Source of the DNA: an uncultured Planctomycetia bacterium
GTDB lineage: Bacteria; Omnitrophota; Gorgyraeia; Pluralincolimonadales; Pluralincolimonadaceae
Direction: 5' to 3'
Length of the DNA stretch: 64,000 bases
Assembly: GCA_964650515.1 (NCBI GenBank)
Contig: CAZYUB010000001.1
Coordinates: 1,726 to 65,725 of the forward strand
Under the pieces are notes generated by a model. That model worked only from the letters and a program-made list of their open reading frames with translations, had not been told where the DNA came from and made no database searches. Shown here piece by piece: positions 34,257 to 43,497 of this stretch; the first letter of the stretch is position 1, and each line of letters begins with the position of its first letter. Both the position numbers and the translations under genes were made by a program.

Positions 34257-35114
34257 TTAAAGGTGCCGGTGAATATACTCGGGAATATGGTATTCTATGC
34301 CTGTAAGGACATATCCTAGGATATTCGCACCGACACTTTTTAGCACGCTTTCCGCGCGCGCCACGACTTCCCTGCGGGTCCTTCCCGCCCTTATGACCAG
34401 CACCGTCCCATCCGCGATATGGCTTAATATACGGGCGTCGGAATACGGTATGACTGCCGGCGTATCCAGAATTATCCTGTCGTACTTGCCTTTGAGCTCG
34501 AACAGAACGTCTTTCATCTTCTGAGAGCTGAGCAATTCATTCGGGTTGCCGTGAATATGCCCGGCGGGGATGACAAAAAGATTCTTAGTGTCGCATGCCA
34601 CTAATACGCCGGAGATGTCCGACGAGCCGGACAATAATTCACCGAGCCCCTTTTCCGAGGATATGCCCATCAGGCCTCCGATAGAAGGCCTCCTGAGGTT
34701 GCAATCGATAAGAAGCGTGGGTTTCCCGGAATTTTGCGCCGTGACAACGGCCAGGTTGGCCGCTGCAACACTTTTCCCTTCTCCGGTTGACGCGCTCGTG
34801 ATGATAACAGACCTAAGTTTGCTTTCCCTTTCGGGGCAGAATATATGCGTATATATCGTATGGAACTGCTCGGCTACGGGACTGCCGGGATTATGGTATG
34901 CTACTATCTTCTTGTTTACTCCCGACGACAGAACGGCCTCCGCGCGGACCTGCGACGGCGCATCAACTGCAGGGCGCTGCGCTACAGGCGGGTTGCCAGC
35001 GGACGGAGCGGCCTGCGGAGTCGCCGGGCCGGACTGGAAGGCCTTGCCTTTTTCCTCCGCTGCCCTTTTTATGGCTTCGTTTATCTTGTTTATCCCGTTG
35101 CCGTTATCTTGCAT
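34257..35114 (-). CDS. Polysaccharide co-polymerase tyrosine autokinase (BY-kinase/CpsD-like ATPase domain)
   Basis: Walker A SASTGEGKS, Walker A' LLIDCNLRRP and Walker B RIILDTPA. Confidence 0.7.
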   Translation of the reverse strand: MQDNGNGINKINEAIKRAAEEKGKAFQSGPATPQAAPSAGNPPVAQRPAVDAPSQVRAEAVLSSGVNKKIVAYHNPGSPVAEQFHTIYTHIFCPERESKLRSVIITSASTGEGKSVAAANLAVVTAQNSGKPTLLIDCNLRRPSIGGLMGISSEKGLGELLSGSSDISGVLVACDTKNLFVIPAGHIHGNPNELLSSQKMKDVLFELKGKYDRIILDTPAVIPYSDARILSHIADGTVLVIRAGRTRREVVARAESVLKSVGANILGYVLTGIEYHIPEYIHRHL

Positions 35115-36735
35115 TCTTCTGCACCCCTGCTGCCTTTTCTTTGTTTGCGACCTCGATCACTTTTCTCCTGACCTCATCCTGGCTTACGTTATAGCTGATG
35201 GCGGCTATGGTAAAGAGTGTCACGTACAGGACTATCAAAAATATGGCGAGACCGCGCTGCTTGGCCGCTTTTGCGGCCGCCTCATTCTTGTCTACGATAG
35301 CGGAGATCCCGCCGAATATTTCATGTTTAAGGAAGGGCCTTGCGTCCTCCACACCCCTGAAGGAATGGTCCGCGAACTCCGCCAGGAAGACACATCCGAA
35401 GCCGGAGATGACGCCGAGTAGGAAAGCGACTATCCCTATTATCAGGACTTCAGGTTTTGAGGGTTTGAGCGGCAGCCTCGGCTCGTCGATTACCGTATAT
35501 TTAGTGCTCTTCTCCTGCGCTTCGGCGGATGCAAGCCTGTTCTCTTCGATCTTCAGCATAAGCATCTTGTACACGTTCTCGTTGACCTCGGTATCCCTGG
35601 TCAAAAGCGCGAGCTCCCTCTCCTGCTCGGGCAATGTCTGTATCTTCGATTCGTATTCCTTGACAAGCTTCAGGAGCTGCTCCCTTCTCTTCTTGAGGTC
35701 ATTGACCTCCTTCTCAGCGTCTTTTACTTTCTGGCTTAGGCGCTGGAAGAATAACGGGGCCGTCGTCGACGTGTCGCTGTCGACCATCTTCTCCGTCTCC
35801 AGCCGAAGATTCTCCCTTACATCCTCCATCTGGACCTGGAGGGAAGCGAGATCCGATGATTCCGGCTTTTCCGCCATCATTTGGTCGTACTGTGATTGCA
35901 GGCTCTGCAATTGGGAATTAAGGCGTGAAACCGCGGGATTGAGCTCCATGAGCTCTTCGGATATGATAACCGGGTCCCTTCCCGACATTTGCCTTTTCAG
36001 CAGGTCGAGTTTGCGTTCGGATTCCTTGAGGTTCATCTCGACAGCGGTAAGCGACGTCTGGTAGCTTGTCAGCATTGAGACGTTATAGTCGAGTTCTTTG
36101 CCGGGCAGCTGCATCGGGTATTGCGCGCGGAAATCGAAAAGTTTCTTTTCGGATTCCTCGAGCTTCTTCTTGTATACTTTCGCCTGCTCTTCCGCGAATT
36201 TTATAGCCGTCGCCGCCTGCGTGGTCTTCTTTGTCTTATTCTCGTCGATGAATATCTCGATTATCGTTTTTGTGACGTTCCTTGCCGCGATGGGATCCTT
36301 GTCCTCATAGGATACCTGGAAGACCTCGGGGGACCTCATCTTTACCTCGGAGCGTTTCCTTATGCCCATGAGCATCTTTTCGTACATGACCTGGTCGGTC
36401 ACGCCCTTGTCGAGGCCGAGGGTCCTGACGAGGGTCAGCAGGTGCGGATAACTCAATATTTTTTCTGTCAGTGTCTTCAGCTGTTCGGCAAGCGTCGGGG
36501 GCTGGCCGGTAGCGGAGGTATATACGGGCTCTTTCGTGGCTAACGGATTGACCGGCTTCTCTTCCTCCACCAGGATGAGGACCGAGGACCTGTAATACTT
36601 GGGCAGGAAGAAGCTTCCAATAGATGCGGTAAAGAATACGATGACAAAGGGCAGCATGAAAAACCATTTGCGGTGGAATATGATCTGGAGATAATCCCTG
36701 ATAGAACCCTGCCCCTGCCCAGGCGCCGTAGTCAT
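35104..36735 (-). CDS. Polysaccharide chain-length determinant (Wzz/PCP-like, PEP-CTERM locus type)
   Basis: N-terminal TM, long coiled-coil periplasmic domain and C-terminal TM. Adjacent to the autokinase. Confidence 0.65.
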   Translation of the reverse strand: MTTAPGQGQGSIRDYLQIIFHRKWFFMLPFVIVFFTASIGSFFLPKYYRSSVLILVEEEKPVNPLATKEPVYTSATGQPPTLAEQLKTLTEKILSYPHLLTLVRTLGLDKGVTDQVMYEKMLMGIRKRSEVKMRSPEVFQVSYEDKDPIAARNVTKTIIEIFIDENKTKKTTQAATAIKFAEEQAKVYKKKLEESEKKLFDFRAQYPMQLPGKELDYNVSMLTSYQTSLTAVEMNLKESERKLDLLKRQMSGRDPVIISEELMELNPAVSRLNSQLQSLQSQYDQMMAEKPESSDLASLQVQMEDVRENLRLETEKMVDSDTSTTAPLFFQRLSQKVKDAEKEVNDLKKRREQLLKLVKEYESKIQTLPEQERELALLTRDTEVNENVYKMLMLKIEENRLASAEAQEKSTKYTVIDEPRLPLKPSKPEVLIIGIVAFLLGVISGFGCVFLAEFADHSFRGVEDARPFLKHEIFGGISAIVDKNEAAAKAAKQRGLAIFLIVLYVTLFTIAAISYNVSQDEVRRKVIEVANKEKAAGVQKNAR

Positions 36736-36738
36736 GGA

Positions 36739-38358
36739 TTACTCTTCCTTGATGTCCAGGATTCTCATAAGGTCCTTCTGCATCGCCTTGGACCGCTTCT
36801 CTTCTATCGGAGGGGTAAGCTCTACGCCGCCGGACTTCTCTATTTCATGCTCCAGGATCGGGTCGATCTTCTTTGTCCTGTCAATGCTCTCCTGGTATTT
36901 CTGCCTTGATATGTTCTGGCGGTTATCGCTTGTAAGTATATGGGGAGTTATAAAAACCAGCACCTCTTTTTTCACGTCCTGGTACGACTTGTTCTGGAAC
37001 AACAGCCCTATTATAGGGATGTCGCCGATCAGGGGCACTTTGTTTATCGTGCTCTTCTTGTCGTTCTTTATGAGCCCGCCGAGTATTATCGTCTCGCCGT
37101 CCTTTACCATCATCGTCGTATCCGCCTGCGTCGTGTCCTTCGCGACAACATTATCGACCTCGGCCACCCTCCTGGCCGTACTTACCTCAGGGTGTATCTT
37201 CATCGTAACGAAATTATCTTCCCCGATCTGCGGGGTCACTTCCAGCTTAATGCCTACGTCGACATACTTGATGTCCTGGACCAGCAGTTTCGTGACCGGG
37301 TCCGTCGTGGCGACCGCATAGGGCTCGCTGCTTCCTACGAGGATGTTCGCCGCTTCGCCGTCGATGACCACGATACGCGGGCTCGAGAGCACTTCCGTAT
37401 TCGCGTCGCTCTTCAACGCCTCGAGAGTGACCGTATATTCGTCGGGGGTCAGGCCGCCTATCTTATATATGCCTCCCGTGCCGCCGGTAGCTAGATTGAT
37501 GCCGAAATCCGTAAGCAGGTCGAGCGCGCCGGGATTGTGGTGCGAGTCTTCCCCTGTCCTGTCATACGCATGCTCCCATTCGATGCCGAATTTCATCGTG
37601 TCATCAAGAGTGATCTCGACTATCATCGCCTCTATCATGACCTGCTTATGCTGGGAGTCCCAGCCCTCGATGAAATTATCTATGTTCTTGAGGATGACCG
37701 GCGTCGCCCTCACCACTATACTGTTTGTCCGGTCATCTATGTATACGTCGCCTTTTTCCTTCGGTATGAGCTGGGTCAGCTTCTCTTCCATGTCCGCTGC
37801 CTTGGAATAAAGCAGCTTGTATTTCTTTATCTCCGTCTGCTGGTCGAGCTGCATCAGCGCCTCCTCGACCTCCTTGACCTTCTCCGGCGTGTCGGTTATT
37901 ATGACCTGGTTGCTCTTCTCGTTCGTCTCAATCCTTCCGCGCGCGGTCTTCATGGAAAGCAGTATCCGCTTAAGGTCCGCGACATCGGTGTAATTCAGCG
38001 TTATGACCTTCGTTTGCAGGTTGACGAACCTCTCCTGCTGCTGGGTATCCTGGTAGGAATAAACCGTTATGATCCCGTCATTCACGGAATAGAGGTAGTT
38101 GTTCGCTTTCAGGACCGAATCGAGCGCCTGGACGACCGTGACCTTGTCGAGTTTCACGGTGACGTTGCCTGTGACGTTCGTGCTAAGCACGACGCTCATC
38201 CCGCTCTGGTCCGCGATCATTTTTAGCACTTCTTCTATGCTTATGTTCTGGACATCGAGCGTGACTTCACCGTCTTCCGCGAACAGGGCCGCGTTCGAGG
38301 ACGCCAAGAGGAAAGCCGAGAACAGGAGGCAAAACAACAGTTGCTTACTGGATCTCAT
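36739..38358 (-). CDS. Secretin (GspD/PilQ family) with N-terminal periplasmic domains
   Basis: Signal peptide and the C-terminal secretin-domain signature …IILGGLIKNDKKSTINKVPLIGDIPIIGLLFQNKSYQDVKKEVLVFITPHIL. Confidence 0.75.
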   Translation of the reverse strand: MRSSKQLLFCLLFSAFLLASSNAALFAEDGEVTLDVQNISIEEVLKMIADQSGMSVVLSTNVTGNVTVKLDKVTVVQALDSVLKANNYLYSVNDGIITVYSYQDTQQQERFVNLQTKVITLNYTDVADLKRILLSMKTARGRIETNEKSNQVIITDTPEKVKEVEEALMQLDQQTEIKKYKLLYSKAADMEEKLTQLIPKEKGDVYIDDRTNSIVVRATPVILKNIDNFIEGWDSQHKQVMIEAMIVEITLDDTMKFGIEWEHAYDRTGEDSHHNPGALDLLTDFGINLATGGTGGIYKIGGLTPDEYTVTLEALKSDANTEVLSSPRIVVIDGEAANILVGSSEPYAVATTDPVTKLLVQDIKYVDVGIKLEVTPQIGEDNFVTMKIHPEVSTARRVAEVDNVVAKDTTQADTTMMVKDGETIILGGLIKNDKKSTINKVPLIGDIPIIGLLFQNKSYQDVKKEVLVFITPHILTSDNRQNISRQKYQESIDRTKKIDPILEHEIEKSGGVELTPPIEEKRSKAMQKDLMRILDIKEE

Positions 38359-40387
38359 TCGTGATCTCCTTTGTGGCGCGGACGGTCTTGTTCTTGCCTT
38401 CCGCCTTTGCCCTGTACAGCGCCCTGTCGACGTACTTTATAAGGTCGGTCTTATCAAGAGCGATATCCGGATAGCTCGCGACGCCGAAACTTGCCGTAAG
38501 GTTTATGACATTATCCTTGTTGCCGAACGCGTAATTCTTTATTACCATCCTTATCCTGTCCGCCAGGATATAAGCGCCCTCGAGGTCGGTCTCCGGCAGG
38601 ATGACAGCGAACTCTTCGCCGCCGTACCTCGCCACGACGTCGACTTCCCTGCATATCTTCCTCAGTATCTGGGCGATCTCTTTCAGGACCTCGTCTCCCA
38701 TCGGATGTCCGTAGCTGTCGTTGACCTTCTTGAACCCGTCAAGGTCCATCATTATTAGGCCGAACGGCTGCCTGTACCTCGCCGAGCGCAGTATCTCCTT
38801 ATCCATCGCCTCGCTGAAATACCTGTAGACATAAAGCCCCGTGAGCCCGTCGGTAATCGACAGTTCCGTGATCTTTTTATGCAATAGCGTATTATTGATG
38901 GCTATGCTGGAATGGCGCGAGATTATCGAGAATATCCTTAGGTCTTCACCGCTGAAAGCATTAGGGAAGGAGTTGGTCACCGCGAGCATGCCGATCGGCC
39001 TGTCGCCGGCCGTAAGAAGGTGGGCCTGGAACGAACTGAGTATGTTCCTGTTTTCAGAAAACGAATCGCTCAGGTTGCTGTTATCAGCCTGATCGACCGA
39101 AACTTGTTCCGGCAACAGTCTCCCCCCTGTTAACCTATTGAACGTTTCTATGATCTTAAGCTTAAAACCGTCGACCTCCTTCTGCGAAGCGGGGTATTTC
39201 ACTTCCACTATCACGCCCGTCTTCTTGGCCTCGTCGACAAATAACAAACCGCACAGATGGCAATCCAAAGAGCGTTCTATTATCTCAAGTATCGCATCTA
39301 TGATCTCTTTATAATCGAGCCTTGCGTATATTATATTACTAACTTCCTGGGATATTGTCAACTCATATAATTCGTCATCGAGCGAACGGGCGATATCGGC
39401 GAAAATCTTCTTGCCGGTCTTGAGTTTTTCTATCTGCGTGTTCGCTTCTTCGAGGCGTTTTTGCCAGTGCGACGATTCTATTGCTATCGATATCTCGTTC
39501 GTCAGGATCGTAAGCAGCGACAGGTCGTATTCTGTAAACTGTTCCTTCGAAACCTTGTTATTTACGTTAATGACGCCGATGACCTTGTCCTTTACCCGTA
39601 TCGGCGCGCTCAACAGGGACGAATTATAGTACCTGTTCGAATTCTGCCTCGAGAAACGCTCGTCCGCCTCGACGTCCTTTATAAGCAGCGGGCTGCCCGA
39701 CTTCGCGACCCATCCGGATATCCCCCTGCCGACCTTGATCCTCGTCTTGTTCGCGAGGTCTTCGCTCAATCCCCTCGATGCCCTTATTACGAGCTCCTGC
39801 GAATCGTCTTCCACGAGCATGAGCGACCCGAGTTCCGAGTCGAGCATGTTGGTTATCTTGTCGAGCACTTCGCCGAGGATATCCCTCGCGTGCGCCGAAT
39901 GAAGGCTCTGGGCGGCCTGGTACGCGTCCACGAGCCTGGCCATGAGCTTCTTGAACTGCTCGCTCTGTGACTGGAACTTATTCGTATCCACGCGGCCTTT
40001 TAATTTCTCGATAGCGCCGTCTATGTTAGCTTCAAAATCACTCCTGCCGGTAAACCTTATTATGCTTTGCCCTCGCTGGGGTTTCATGCCGAGGGACCTG
40101 TATGCCTCTTTCTCGTTGGTTATGCAGATCAGCAGGGGGATATCGGAGGTACGTGGGTCGTCTTTCAGCAGTTTATATACACAGAAACCGTTTATGTCGG
40201 TGACGGCGGGGTTCAGCAGGATAAGGTCCGGCATCTCTTCGCAGATAAGCTCTATCCCGTCGAGGCCGTTCGAGGCACGCAGAACAGTGTAGTCCCTGGC
40301 CGAGAGAACAGACGATATCTCCTGCGCTATGCCCTGGCTTTGCTCTATTATTACGGCTTTCTTCCTGTCCAACCCCTGCCTCCACAC
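38345..40387 (-). CDS. Response-regulator receiver – GAF – GAF – GGDEF diguanylate cyclase
   Basis: N-terminal receiver (phospho-acceptor Asp in DLILLNP), two GAF-like regions and C-terminal GGDEF with active-site RYGGEEF. Confidence 0.75.
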   Translation of the reverse strand: MWRQGLDRKKAVIIEQSQGIAQEISSVLSARDYTVLRASNGLDGIELICEEMPDLILLNPAVTDINGFCVYKLLKDDPRTSDIPLLICITNEKEAYRSLGMKPQRGQSIIRFTGRSDFEANIDGAIEKLKGRVDTNKFQSQSEQFKKLMARLVDAYQAAQSLHSAHARDILGEVLDKITNMLDSELGSLMLVEDDSQELVIRASRGLSEDLANKTRIKVGRGISGWVAKSGSPLLIKDVEADERFSRQNSNRYYNSSLLSAPIRVKDKVIGVINVNNKVSKEQFTEYDLSLLTILTNEISIAIESSHWQKRLEEANTQIEKLKTGKKIFADIARSLDDELYELTISQEVSNIIYARLDYKEIIDAILEIIERSLDCHLCGLLFVDEAKKTGVIVEVKYPASQKEVDGFKLKIIETFNRLTGGRLLPEQVSVDQADNSNLSDSFSENRNILSSFQAHLLTAGDRPIGMLAVTNSFPNAFSGEDLRIFSIISRHSSIAINNTLLHKKITELSITDGLTGLYVYRYFSEAMDKEILRSARYRQPFGLIMMDLDGFKKVNDSYGHPMGDEVLKEIAQILRKICREVDVVARYGGEEFAVILPETDLEGAYILADRIRMVIKNYAFGNKDNVINLTASFGVASYPDIALDKTDLIKYVDRALYRAKAEGKNKTVRATKEITNEIQ

Positions 40388-40449
40388 AGCAAAAAGGAGC
40401 CCATGATTTCCGGCTCCGGTTTTGATTGTTATATTAACAATACCATAAT

Positions 40450-40478
40450 AAAATACCCTAATTCGGGGTTTGTGTCAA
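40450..40478 (-). promoter_or_regulatory. Sigma70 promoter (TTGACA-N17-TATTTT) of the GGDEF regulator gene
   Basis: Minus-strand -35 is plus 40473-40478 and -10 is plus 40450-40455. Upstream is the same AT-rich UP-like element (AAATAACAATATAATTTCC) as the PEP-CTERM gene promoters. Confidence 0.45.
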
Positions 40479-40517
40479 GGAAATTATATTGTTATTTAGT
40501 AGTAATTTGTTGGGGTA

Positions 40518-40604
40518 TGGTGCCGGGAGAGGGGGTCGAACCCTCATAACCTTGCGGTCGCGAGATTTTAAGTCTCGTGCGTCTGCCAGTTCCGCCATCC
40601 CGGC
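40518..40604 (-). tRNA. tRNA-Leu (anticodon TAA), type II with long variable arm, CCA encoded
   Basis: Reverse complement GCCGGGATGGCGGAACTGGCAGACGCACGAGACTTAAAATCTCG…GGTTCGACCCCCTCTCCCGGCACCA, 87 nt. Confidence 0.85.
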
Positions 40605-40618
40605 GGTCTTCGGAAATT

Positions 40619-40693
40619 TGGAGGCGACGATCGGAATCGAACCGATGCATCGCGGTTTTGCAGACCGCTCCCTTACCACTTGGGTACGTCGCC
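40619..40693 (-). tRNA. tRNA-Cys (anticodon GCA), CCA encoded
   Basis: Reverse complement GGCGACGTACCCAAGTGGTAAGGGAGCGGTCTGCAAAACCGC…GGTTCGATTCCGATCGTCGCCTCCA, 75 nt. Confidence 0.85.
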
Positions 40694-40761
40694 TTAAACT
40701 AAGGGCGCTTAAGTTTTGGCTTAAGCGCCCCACAACCTGCCGTGAAACACTGCCTGTGCCC

Positions 40762-41172
40762 TTATCTGATCTTTACGTGCCCGCCCTTGTAAAGGTAGAC
40801 ACCGCCGCTGCCGTGGTTAGGGCATGTGATGATAACCACCGTAGAAGCCGTGCTTCCCGTGGGCTGCGCAGCATACGTATAGGCGGTCGTTCCGCTCGGG
40901 CATGTGAACACCGACTGATCGTCTATATACGTAGGAGCGCTCGTCAACCTGGTATTAAGTACGGCTATCGTGGCCGCCGGGTACTGCTCGTTGTTATCGG
41001 CGGTATACATCATGATCGCCGTGCCTATCTGCTTCAGGTTGTTGGCGCACGTCGTCTTCCTAGCCTGTTCCCTCGCCCTGCCGAGTGCCGGCATAAGTAA
41101 ACCTGCTAGTATAATTATGATGGCCATAACGACCAGCAGCTCGATAAGGGTGAAACCTTTTGTTTTACGCAT
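40762..41172 (-). CDS. Type II secretion/type IV pilin-like pseudopilin (prepilin N-terminal methylation domain plus DUF1559-like), copy 1
   Basis: [22 protein letters not shown] prepilin signal and hydrophobic helix, then …CANNLKQIG…Y, characteristic of DUF1559-type pseudopilins. Confidence 0.75.
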   Translation of the reverse strand: MRKTKGFTLIELLVVMAIIIILAGLLMPALGRAREQARKTTCANNLKQIGTAIMMYTADNNEQYPAATIAVLNTRLTSAPTYIDDQSVFTCPSGTTAYTYAAQPTGSTASTVVIITCPNHGSGGVYLYKGGHVKIR

Positions 41173-41634
41173 CTTTTTTCACCTCCTTTCCTGTGAAATT
41201 TGCCGCCCCAGGCGTACAGCCGGGGGCGGCATTAAAACCTACCTGATCTTTACGTGCCCGCCCTTGTAAAGGTAGACACCGCCGCTGCCGTGGTTAGGGC
41301 ATGTGATGATAACCACCGTAGAAGCCGTGCTTCCCGTGGGCTGCGCAGCATACGTATAGGCGGTCGTTCCGCTCGGGCATGTGAACACCGACTGATCGTC
41401 TATATACGTAGGAGCGCTCGTCAACCTGGTATTAAGTACGGCTATCGTGGCCGCCGGGTACTGCTCGTTGTTATCGGCGGTATACATCATGATCGCCGTG
41501 CCTATCTGCTTCAGGTTGTTGGCGCACGTCGTCTTCCTAGCCTGTTCCCTCGCCCTGCCGAGTGCCGGCATAAGTAAACCTGCTAGTATAATTATGATGG
41601 CCATAACGACCAGCAGCTCGATAAGGGTGAAACC
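40766..41634 (-). repeat. Tandem direct repeat: two 392-bp 100%-identical copies (40766..41157 and 41243..41634), period 477 bp
   Basis: Direct comparison of the two pseudopilin genes shows nucleotide identity from the stop codons through codon ~8. Only the first ~7 codons and the upstream regions differ. Confidence 0.85.
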
Positions 41635-41649
41635 CCTCTTCCTGTTCAT
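41239..41649 (-). CDS. Pseudopilin (prepilin N-terminal domain plus DUF1559-like), copy 2, identical to copy 1 after residue 7
   Basis: [15 protein letters not shown]…, 136 aa. Confidence 0.75.
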   Translation of the reverse strand: MNRKRGFTLIELLVVMAIIIILAGLLMPALGRAREQARKTTCANNLKQIGTAIMMYTADNNEQYPAATIAVLNTRLTSAPTYIDDQSVFTCPSGTTAYTYAAQPTGSTASTVVIITCPNHGSGGVYLYKGGHVKIR

Positions 41650-41664
41650 GTCCCCTCCTCTTTT

Positions 41665-42069
41665 TTAACGTATCCTTACGTTAGTGCCCTTGTACAGATA
41701 CACGCCGCCCGCCCCGTGGTTAGGGCATGTAACTATGACCCTCGTGGAAGGCCATGTAGGCATCGGCTGCGCGGCATAAAGGTAATTTGCCCCTCCCGAA
41801 GGGCAGACAAAGATATCGGTATCGTCGATATAGGTCGGCGCCGAGGTCAAGGCCGTTTGCAACTGGCCCGCGGCCGGATAGCGCCATGAATTGGCCATAG
41901 TGTACATCTCGAGCGCCATCCCTATCTGCTTCAGGTTGTTGGCGCACGTCGTCTTCCTGGCCCTTTCTCTCGCGCTGCTTAGAGAAGGCATTATCAGTCC
42001 GGCAAGAATGATTATGATTGCCATGACGACCAAAAGCTCTATAAGAGTGAAACCCATCTTACCCCTCAT
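41665..42069 (-). CDS. Pseudopilin (prepilin N-terminal domain plus DUF1559-like), diverged copy 3
   Basis: [50 protein letters not shown]…, 134 aa, about 60% identical to copies 1 and 2. Confidence 0.75.
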   Translation of the reverse strand: MRGKMGFTLIELLVVMAIIIILAGLIMPSLSSARERARKTTCANNLKQIGMALEMYTMANSWRYPAAGQLQTALTSAPTYIDDTDIFVCPSGGANYLYAAQPMPTWPSTRVIVTCPNHGAGGVYLYKGTNVRIR

Positions 42070-42118
42070 CTCTCATCCCCTCTTAAGTATGTTATGTATT
42101 ATTCCTAATTAAAGGATA

Positions 42119-42742
42119 CTATCCGTTCTCCGCCTTGTCAAGGACAAATCTGGCTATTTTATCTTTCGTTGAAAACAATCTTTCCGGCTTTCCCGCGTCT
42201 TTAAGGCATATTACGCGGATCTTCCTGTCCCCGAACGGGCCGGCGCCGTTACCCATCCCGATAGCGAACAGCAGGTCGGCATTTTTCGCCTTCAGTTTCT
42301 TAAGCGCGTTCTTTGCGGTATCCTCCGTTTCGAGCGCGAAACCGATCACCTTTCGCTTGCCTTTGTTCCTTCCCGCCCAGGATAGTATATCCGGATTAAG
42401 GCGCATCTTTACGTTCAGCGCCTCCCCGCGTTTCTTGATCTTGGAATTACTAAACCGCACGGGCCTGTAATCGGCGACAGCGGCTGTCATTATAAGGCAG
42501 TCGGCTTTGAAAAAATGTTTTTTAACGGCTTTTTCCATCTCAAGCGCGGATACGACAGGTATGAATTTGGCGCCTGCGGGAGGACCTATCGTTACCGGGC
42601 CGCTGATCAAAACTACTTCATGCCCGCGGCGGATGGCCTCTTCGGCGATCCTGTATCCGAAATAGCCCGTCGAGGAATTTGATATATAACGGATGGGATC
42701 GAGGAATTCTCTGGTTGGGCCTGCGGTTACAAGGATCCGCAT
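42119..42742 (-). CDS. coaB: Phosphopantothenate–cysteine ligase (CoaB, stand-alone)
   Basis: ILVTAGPTREFLDPIRYISNSSTGYFG matches the CoaB domain of CoaBC. Encoded separately and directly downstream of coaC. Confidence 0.8.
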   Translation of the reverse strand: MRILVTAGPTREFLDPIRYISNSSTGYFGYRIAEEAIRRGHEVVLISGPVTIGPPAGAKFIPVVSALEMEKAVKKHFFKADCLIMTAAVADYRPVRFSNSKIKKRGEALNVKMRLNPDILSWAGRNKGKRKVIGFALETEDTAKNALKKLKAKNADLLFAIGMGNGAGPFGDRKIRVICLKDAGKPERLFSTKDKIARFVLDKAENG

Positions 42743-42743
42743 C

Positions 42744-43286
42744 TTAACCCTTAAGGGATCTTTTTACTTCTGATATTATCGCATCATACCCGGCTATATG
42801 CCCGATACCTTCGTGCCCGCACGCGAGGGGGCCTTTTACCGGACCTACCATCCTGATCCCGCGCTTTTTAAGCTTGCCGATATTCTCCTGCACCGCGGGG
42901 TTTGCGTACATCTTCTCGTTCATCGCCGGCGCGATAAGGACTTTCGCCGACGAGGCCATGACTACGCATGTCAGGAGGTCGTCGCATATGCCGTTCGCAA
43001 GCTTTCCTATTATATTGGCGCACGCCGGCGCTATCAGGATTAGGCCGGCTTTGTCGGCAAGCGATGTATGGACGGGATTCCATTCTGAAGGTGTCTCGAA
43101 CATCTCGGAATATACCCTGTTGCGCGAAAGCGTCTGGAATGTAAGCGGCAGGACGAACTCCTTCGCCTCTTTCGTCATTATGACCGTGACGTTAAATCCC
43201 GCTTTCCTGAGGCCGTTCACTATATCGCAGGCCCTGTAGGCGGCTATCGACCCGGTGACCCCGAGTATGATCTCTCTCTTCGGCAT
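42744..43286 (-). CDS. coaC: Phosphopantothenoylcysteine decarboxylase (CoaC flavoprotein, stand-alone)
   Basis: ILGVTGSIAAYRACDIV…PAMN motifs of the CoaC/Dfp flavoprotein family. Confidence 0.8.
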   Translation of the reverse strand: MPKREIILGVTGSIAAYRACDIVNGLRKAGFNVTVIMTKEAKEFVLPLTFQTLSRNRVYSEMFETPSEWNPVHTSLADKAGLILIAPACANIIGKLANGICDDLLTCVVMASSAKVLIAPAMNEKMYANPAVQENIGKLKKRGIRMVGPVKGPLACGHEGIGHIAGYDAIISEVKRSLKG

Positions 43287-43493
43287 TTATTTCTTCTTTT
43301 CCTTCATGCTGATCTTGCCTGACTTTATCTCCTCGAGCGCGACCGTCGAGGCCTTCTTGCTCTCGGTCTCGACGAGCTTCGGGCTTCCCTCGTTCAGTTC
43401 AAGGGCGCGTTTCGAGGCAAGTATCACAAGCTTGTATATCGAGTTCGTCTTATCGAGGAGCTCTTCTGCGGATACGGGGGTCTTGCCTTTCAC
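43287..43493 (-). CDS. rpoZ: DNA-directed RNA polymerase subunit omega
   Basis: 68 aa with SIYKLVILASKRALEL, matching the RpoZ core motif, in the conserved gmk-rpoZ arrangement. Confidence 0.75.
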   Translation of the reverse strand: MKGKTPVSAEELLDKTNSIYKLVILASKRALELNEGSPKLVETESKKASTVALEEIKSGKISMKEKKK

Positions 43494-43497
43494 TTAT

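Noticed and set aside
40489-41100. 203-aa plus-strand ORF spanning tRNA-Leu, tRNA-Cys and a pseudopilin gene
   Set aside because: It runs antisense through two tRNAs and a well-supported CDS. It is an arginine-rich artefact.
40762-42069. Tandem identical repeats considered as an IS element or other mobile DNA
   Set aside because: There are no transposase genes, inverted terminal repeats or target duplications. The repeat unit is exactly a pseudopilin gene, so this is tandem gene duplication.
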